From assembly GCF_052425735.1 (NCBI RefSeq), contig NC_135765.1, positions 620,001 to 684,000 on the forward strand: a DNA stretch of 64,000 nt, given 5' to 3'. Within the stretch, counting starts at the first letter, position 1. Each line of letters begins with the position of its first letter. The DNA comes from Oculina patagonica (Eukaryota). Shown here piece by piece: positions 62,001 through 64,000 of this stretch. The translations under genes and the position numbers were made by a program. The notes under the pieces are model-generated. The model did no database searches. It was not told the DNA's origin and worked only from the letters and a program-made list of their open reading frames with translations.

Positions 62001-63025
62001 GTGAAAATGGAAATGGATTACACAACACTCTTGTACATACCCCTTGCCTTGCTTTATCTTCACTGTATGCTGAGGCAACTTCATTAAACTTCTGACCATC
62101 CTTTATCTTGGCCATGGCTTCCATTACTTTGGAGTGTTTTTCACATAAAATATGTCGCACCTGTGTGTCAATGAAAAGCAGCTCAGGAAAGAAAATATAC
62201 ATTTTTAACTACAACCTGAACATTTTGAAAACTTTGTAAACTAATGGATGATCATATAATCATGTACCCTTACACTTTAAATTTCCAAGCTCAAGGTACA
62301 TTGCTCATTGTTGGCTTGTTAGTTTTTTTTTCTTAGTTTCTCATTTGGAGGTACTGTTTCTTGTTAATGATGAGAACTTAGGCCTGGTTCATACTAGCGA
62401 CATAACGACATGGACATAATGACATAAAGAAAAGTTCAGTTCTTTCCTTATGTTGTTATGCTTATGCCATTATGTTCCAACTATGTCATTATGTCATGTT
62501 GTTCACACTGGGGACATAAAACATCAGCGTGAGGTGTTTTTAGCATTTGCGTGACCTTGCCGTTATGTTGCTAGGGTGAACCAGGCCTTACAATGCTCAA
62601 ATGGGCTCCTGGCTCCATTACTTGATAAATTTCTTAAATTTTGCCTGACAATATATTGATATGGTATTAAAAGAGAAATAATATACTGATCACACCGGGG
62701 GTGAGGGGGTCAGTTGCCATACCTTTACTGCAGTTCCACCTTTCTTTGCCTTCCCTCCACTGGCACCCTCATCCTCACCACCCCCTCCCCCTGAAATTCA
62801 AAATAAACGCAGCTCAGCGGAATATTTGTAACAGCATTTGAGTGGCCACTGGAAAAGATGGACAGCTATTTATCTGTTTCTTGTTTTGAGTCCACTTTCT
62901 TCTGGGTGTACTCTGTTTACTGTTTGGGGCTTTTGCTCCAGCTCCAGCGATAACACAGACTTGCCTTTTGCTGCTCCTTTTCCTTTCTCTTGTTTTCCAC
63001 CACTCTTTCCTTTTTTAGGCGGCAT
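56061..63025 (-). CDS. PIN4: Peptidyl-prolyl cis-trans isomerase NIMA-interacting 4 (parvulin-14)
   Basis: Exons 63025-62965 (MPPKKGK..., GC donor), 62790-62723 (...KKGGTAVK), 62160-62041 ([16 protein letters not shown]...[10 protein letters not shown]), 56791-56759 ([11 protein letters not shown]) and about 56186-56061 ([41 protein letters not shown]). The frame is consistent throughout. Confidence 0.95.
56857..56895 (-). ncRNA. Minimal type I hammerhead ribozyme (U3-A8 variant), left arm
   Basis: Reverse complement of the 61137-61175 motif; it is in the sense orientation of the PIN4 pre-mRNA. Confidence 0.7.
57005..58999 (-). CDS. Penelope-type RT + GIY-YIG endonuclease, left arm (DKG motif changed to DNG), probably 5'-truncated
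   Basis: Motifs [36 protein letters not shown] and [27 protein letters not shown]. The first ATG is at 58999. Confidence 0.9.
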   Translation of the reverse strand: MKLLHNDQDVDKHIQNISSYKLSFFQKLVLCRGLKFSLPQRISPMDIQASFEKAFWQLEPSLSDDKKELAAATLRSIALNYIECKAPKPPKALQRAIEQLKRRDDIVITKPDNGTGVVVMDKAEYVRLLSESSINDTAKFTTVSLERPKTRGRKPKNYHPLLQKEKHLESVVRKILPKQIADSVCPKGSRLAHLYGLPKTHKEKLAMRPILSATSTYNFALARWLDDKLKPLSINSYTISDTFSFADEIRNLSFNETDILVSYDVSSLFTNVPLQETIEILAEKAFVDNWFNNTHNLNISKWDLIELLSVATKEQLFQFNGQLYQQIDGVAMGSPLGPLMANTFLCSIEEKLQNENKLPDFYRRYVDDTLATVKDIPTAEAFLKTLNNCHPSISFTMEIASNGKLPFVGIEICKKGCKLITSVYRKPTNTGLLLHYQSHVDNRYKRSLVKTMLNRAYRLSSTWELFTTECERLKLMFSNLKYPDSLVNSTITHFVNSVMSQDTRSTPQTENIYRIVLPFKDQKSADIVKKHLSDLSNKLDHKLQPVFRSRKVGDDLKLQESKPPVINQQCVVYNYVCDLCDAEYVGYTSRHLYKRIEEHRFSAIGKHLQNEHRIDKVGDLTNNFKILKKCQGKFDCLIHEMLWIRMKKPSLNTQSDSIRAKVFV
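59022..61016 (+). CDS. Penelope-type RT + GIY-YIG endonuclease, right arm (DKG intact), probably 5'-truncated
   Basis: Uninterrupted ORF with the same motifs. It lacks a Cys-rich linker between RT and EN, consistent with Penelope/Poseidon rather than Neptune. Confidence 0.92.
   Translation: MKLLHNDQDVDKHIQNISSYKLSFFQKLVLCRGLKFSLPQRISPMDIQASFEKAFWQLEPSLSDDKKELAAATLRSIALNYIECKAPKPPKALQRAIEQLKRRDDIVITKPDKGTGVVVMDKAEYVRLLSESSINDTAKFTTVSLERPKTRGRKPKNYHPLLQKEKHLESVVRKILPKQIADSVCPKGSRLAHLYGLPKTHKEKLAMRPILSATSTYNFALARWLDDKLKPLSINSYTISDTFSFADEIRNLSFNETDILVSYDVSSLFTNVPLQETIEILAEKAFVDNWFNNTHNLNISKWDLIELLSVATKEQLFQFNGQLYQQIDGVAMGSPLGPLMANTFLCSIEEKLQNENKLPDFYRRYVDDTLATVKDIPTAEAFLKTLNNCHPSISFTMEIASNGKLPFVGIEICKKGCKLITSVYRKPTNTGLLLHYQSHVDNRYKRSLVKTMLNRAYRLSSTWELFTTECERLKLMFSNLKYPDSLVNSTITHFVNSVMSQDTRSTPQTENIYRIVLPFKDQKSADIVKKHLSDLSNKLDHKLQPVFRSRKVGDDLKLQESKPPVINQQCVVYNYVCDLCDAEYVGYTSRHLYKRIEEHRFSAIGKHLQNEHRIDKVGDLTNNFKILKKCQGKFDCLIHEMLWIRMKKPSLNTQSDSIRAKVFV
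61137..61175 (+). ncRNA. Minimal type I hammerhead ribozyme (U3-A8 variant), right arm
   Basis: AAC-UUGAAAA-U-GGUG(ccaggaugu)CACC-GAA-ACGU-C-GUU: stem I AAC/GUU, core UUGAAAA, stem II GGUG/CACC, palindromic stem III ACGU and a GUC cleavage triplet. It lies in the element's 3' UTR, where PLE hammerheads are known to occur. Confidence 0.72.
61515..61782 (-). mobile_element. tRNA-derived SINE, near full length
   Basis: The minus-strand head ggtgtagtggcctaatggttagtgcgccggactccagatcgagcggtccgggttcgagccc has Pol III A and B boxes, followed by a core shared with other copies in the window. Confidence 0.85.
62381..62587. mobile_element. PIF/Harbinger-like MITE in PIN4 intron 2
   Basis: TTA|ggcctggttcatactagcgacataacg ... 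cgttatgttgctagggtgaaccaggcc|TTA. Confidence 0.8.
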
Positions 63026-63323
63026 TTTACAGCTGATTTTGAGATACGATCGACTGTTTCAGTGCTCTTATCCTTTGTTCGAAGAAGATCAATGGGTCAG
63101 TCAGGCCGCCATCTTGGAATATGTGGACAAGAGAGGAACTGGAAACAAATTTGAGCATTTTTCTTGTCAGCGGTTGTAAAGTAAACAAATGTTTCTTCAT
63201 GTAGGAGGAAACATACTATCCTTTCAAGCTACTCTCAAAAATATGGCGGCCAAAGTGTTTGTTTTGCGTGTTGTATGAACGGAAAACAGTCCCGAGAATT
63301 GAAGGAAAACACACAACTTGGCC
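63026..63323. promoter_or_regulatory. Bidirectional promoter shared by PIN4 and GPALPP1
   Basis: About 300 bp separate the divergent start codons. There are two oppositely oriented YY1-like motifs: GCCGCCATCTTG (about 63105) and AAAATATGGCGGC (about 63238). Confidence 0.7.
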
Positions 63324-63594
63324 ATGGAGATTGGTCCAGCTCTGCCACCACATCTGGCCAAAAAACTGAATGCAGATAACAAAGAAAAGAGTGAAAATGA
63401 AGATAAACAAAGTCGCACAAAACAGAGAGAGAATGAACCTGAAGACAATTCAGACAGCAGTGATGAATGCGAGAGTTATGGACCAGCTTTACCGCCTGGA
63501 TTTCAGAAGAAAGAAGGAAATGTTTCTAGCGCCAGAGTCATCGGACCCATGAGACCGCCACAGCTCAATCATCCAAGTACACTGACATCAAGTG
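63324..63594 (+). CDS. GPALPP1: GPALPP motifs-containing protein 1, first coding exon
   Basis: MEIGPALPPHL...SYGPALPPGF...RVIGPMRPP with an acidic linker. GT donor at 63595; the gene continues beyond the window. Confidence 0.8.
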
Positions 63595-64000
63595 GTATGT
63601 ATGTGCTGTTGTGGTTCAATCTTTTGGTTGAAAATTTTTCAAAAACCAGTTTATCATATCGAATATGAGACAATGGAAAATAGAAATTAAACTGGTTTGA
63701 TAGCTTTAAACCACAACATATGCACTGGAATTAACTAAAATGGCATGTGGGGTTAAGATTGGCATGGGCTAATACCTGTAGATCAGGATAGAAAATGCTA
63801 GTGAAAGTTATTGCAACTTTATTCATTATCTAACTTATCACATAATTTGTTGTATAAACTCAATGTGGATTTGATTACAAGTTACTTCATAGTTATTTTG
63901 CAAATAATATTAATAACAATTAGTTTGGTCTAGTAACAACATGCTCAAAGTTAGGTGTGTCCCAATTAGTTTTCTTTTGCAAGTTGATGTGACTGGAGTC

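Overview
This is eukaryotic, intron-rich, AT-rich animal DNA; its gene content and repeat families suggest a cnidarian, most likely a stony coral (inference). The genes are: the 3' part of WDR44; two tandem intron-containing paralogs of an unusual GluR0-like ion channel (iGluR S1/S2-type layout with a TTVGYGD K+ filter); a secreted PAN-EGF-F5/8C gene spanning an N-gap; an SLC5A6/8-like sodium:solute symporter; an intronless class A GPCR; and PIN4 head-to-head with GPALPP1. The most striking structure is a 4.4-kb spacerless palindrome made of two arms of a Penelope-like retroelement. It has a 13-bp target-site duplication (TSD) and a U3-A8 variant hammerhead ribozyme in each arm, and it lies 36 nt upstream of a PIN4 exon. 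Two other large intronic inverted-repeat elements are present. One is a 2.9-kb IS3EU-like foldback carrying two divergent 5S-rRNA-derived cassettes; the other is a 705-bp element with Polinton/Maverick-type ends inserted into a splice donor. Many MITEs (some nested), SINEs and LINE 3' fragments fill the introns. All exon boundaries were read by eye.
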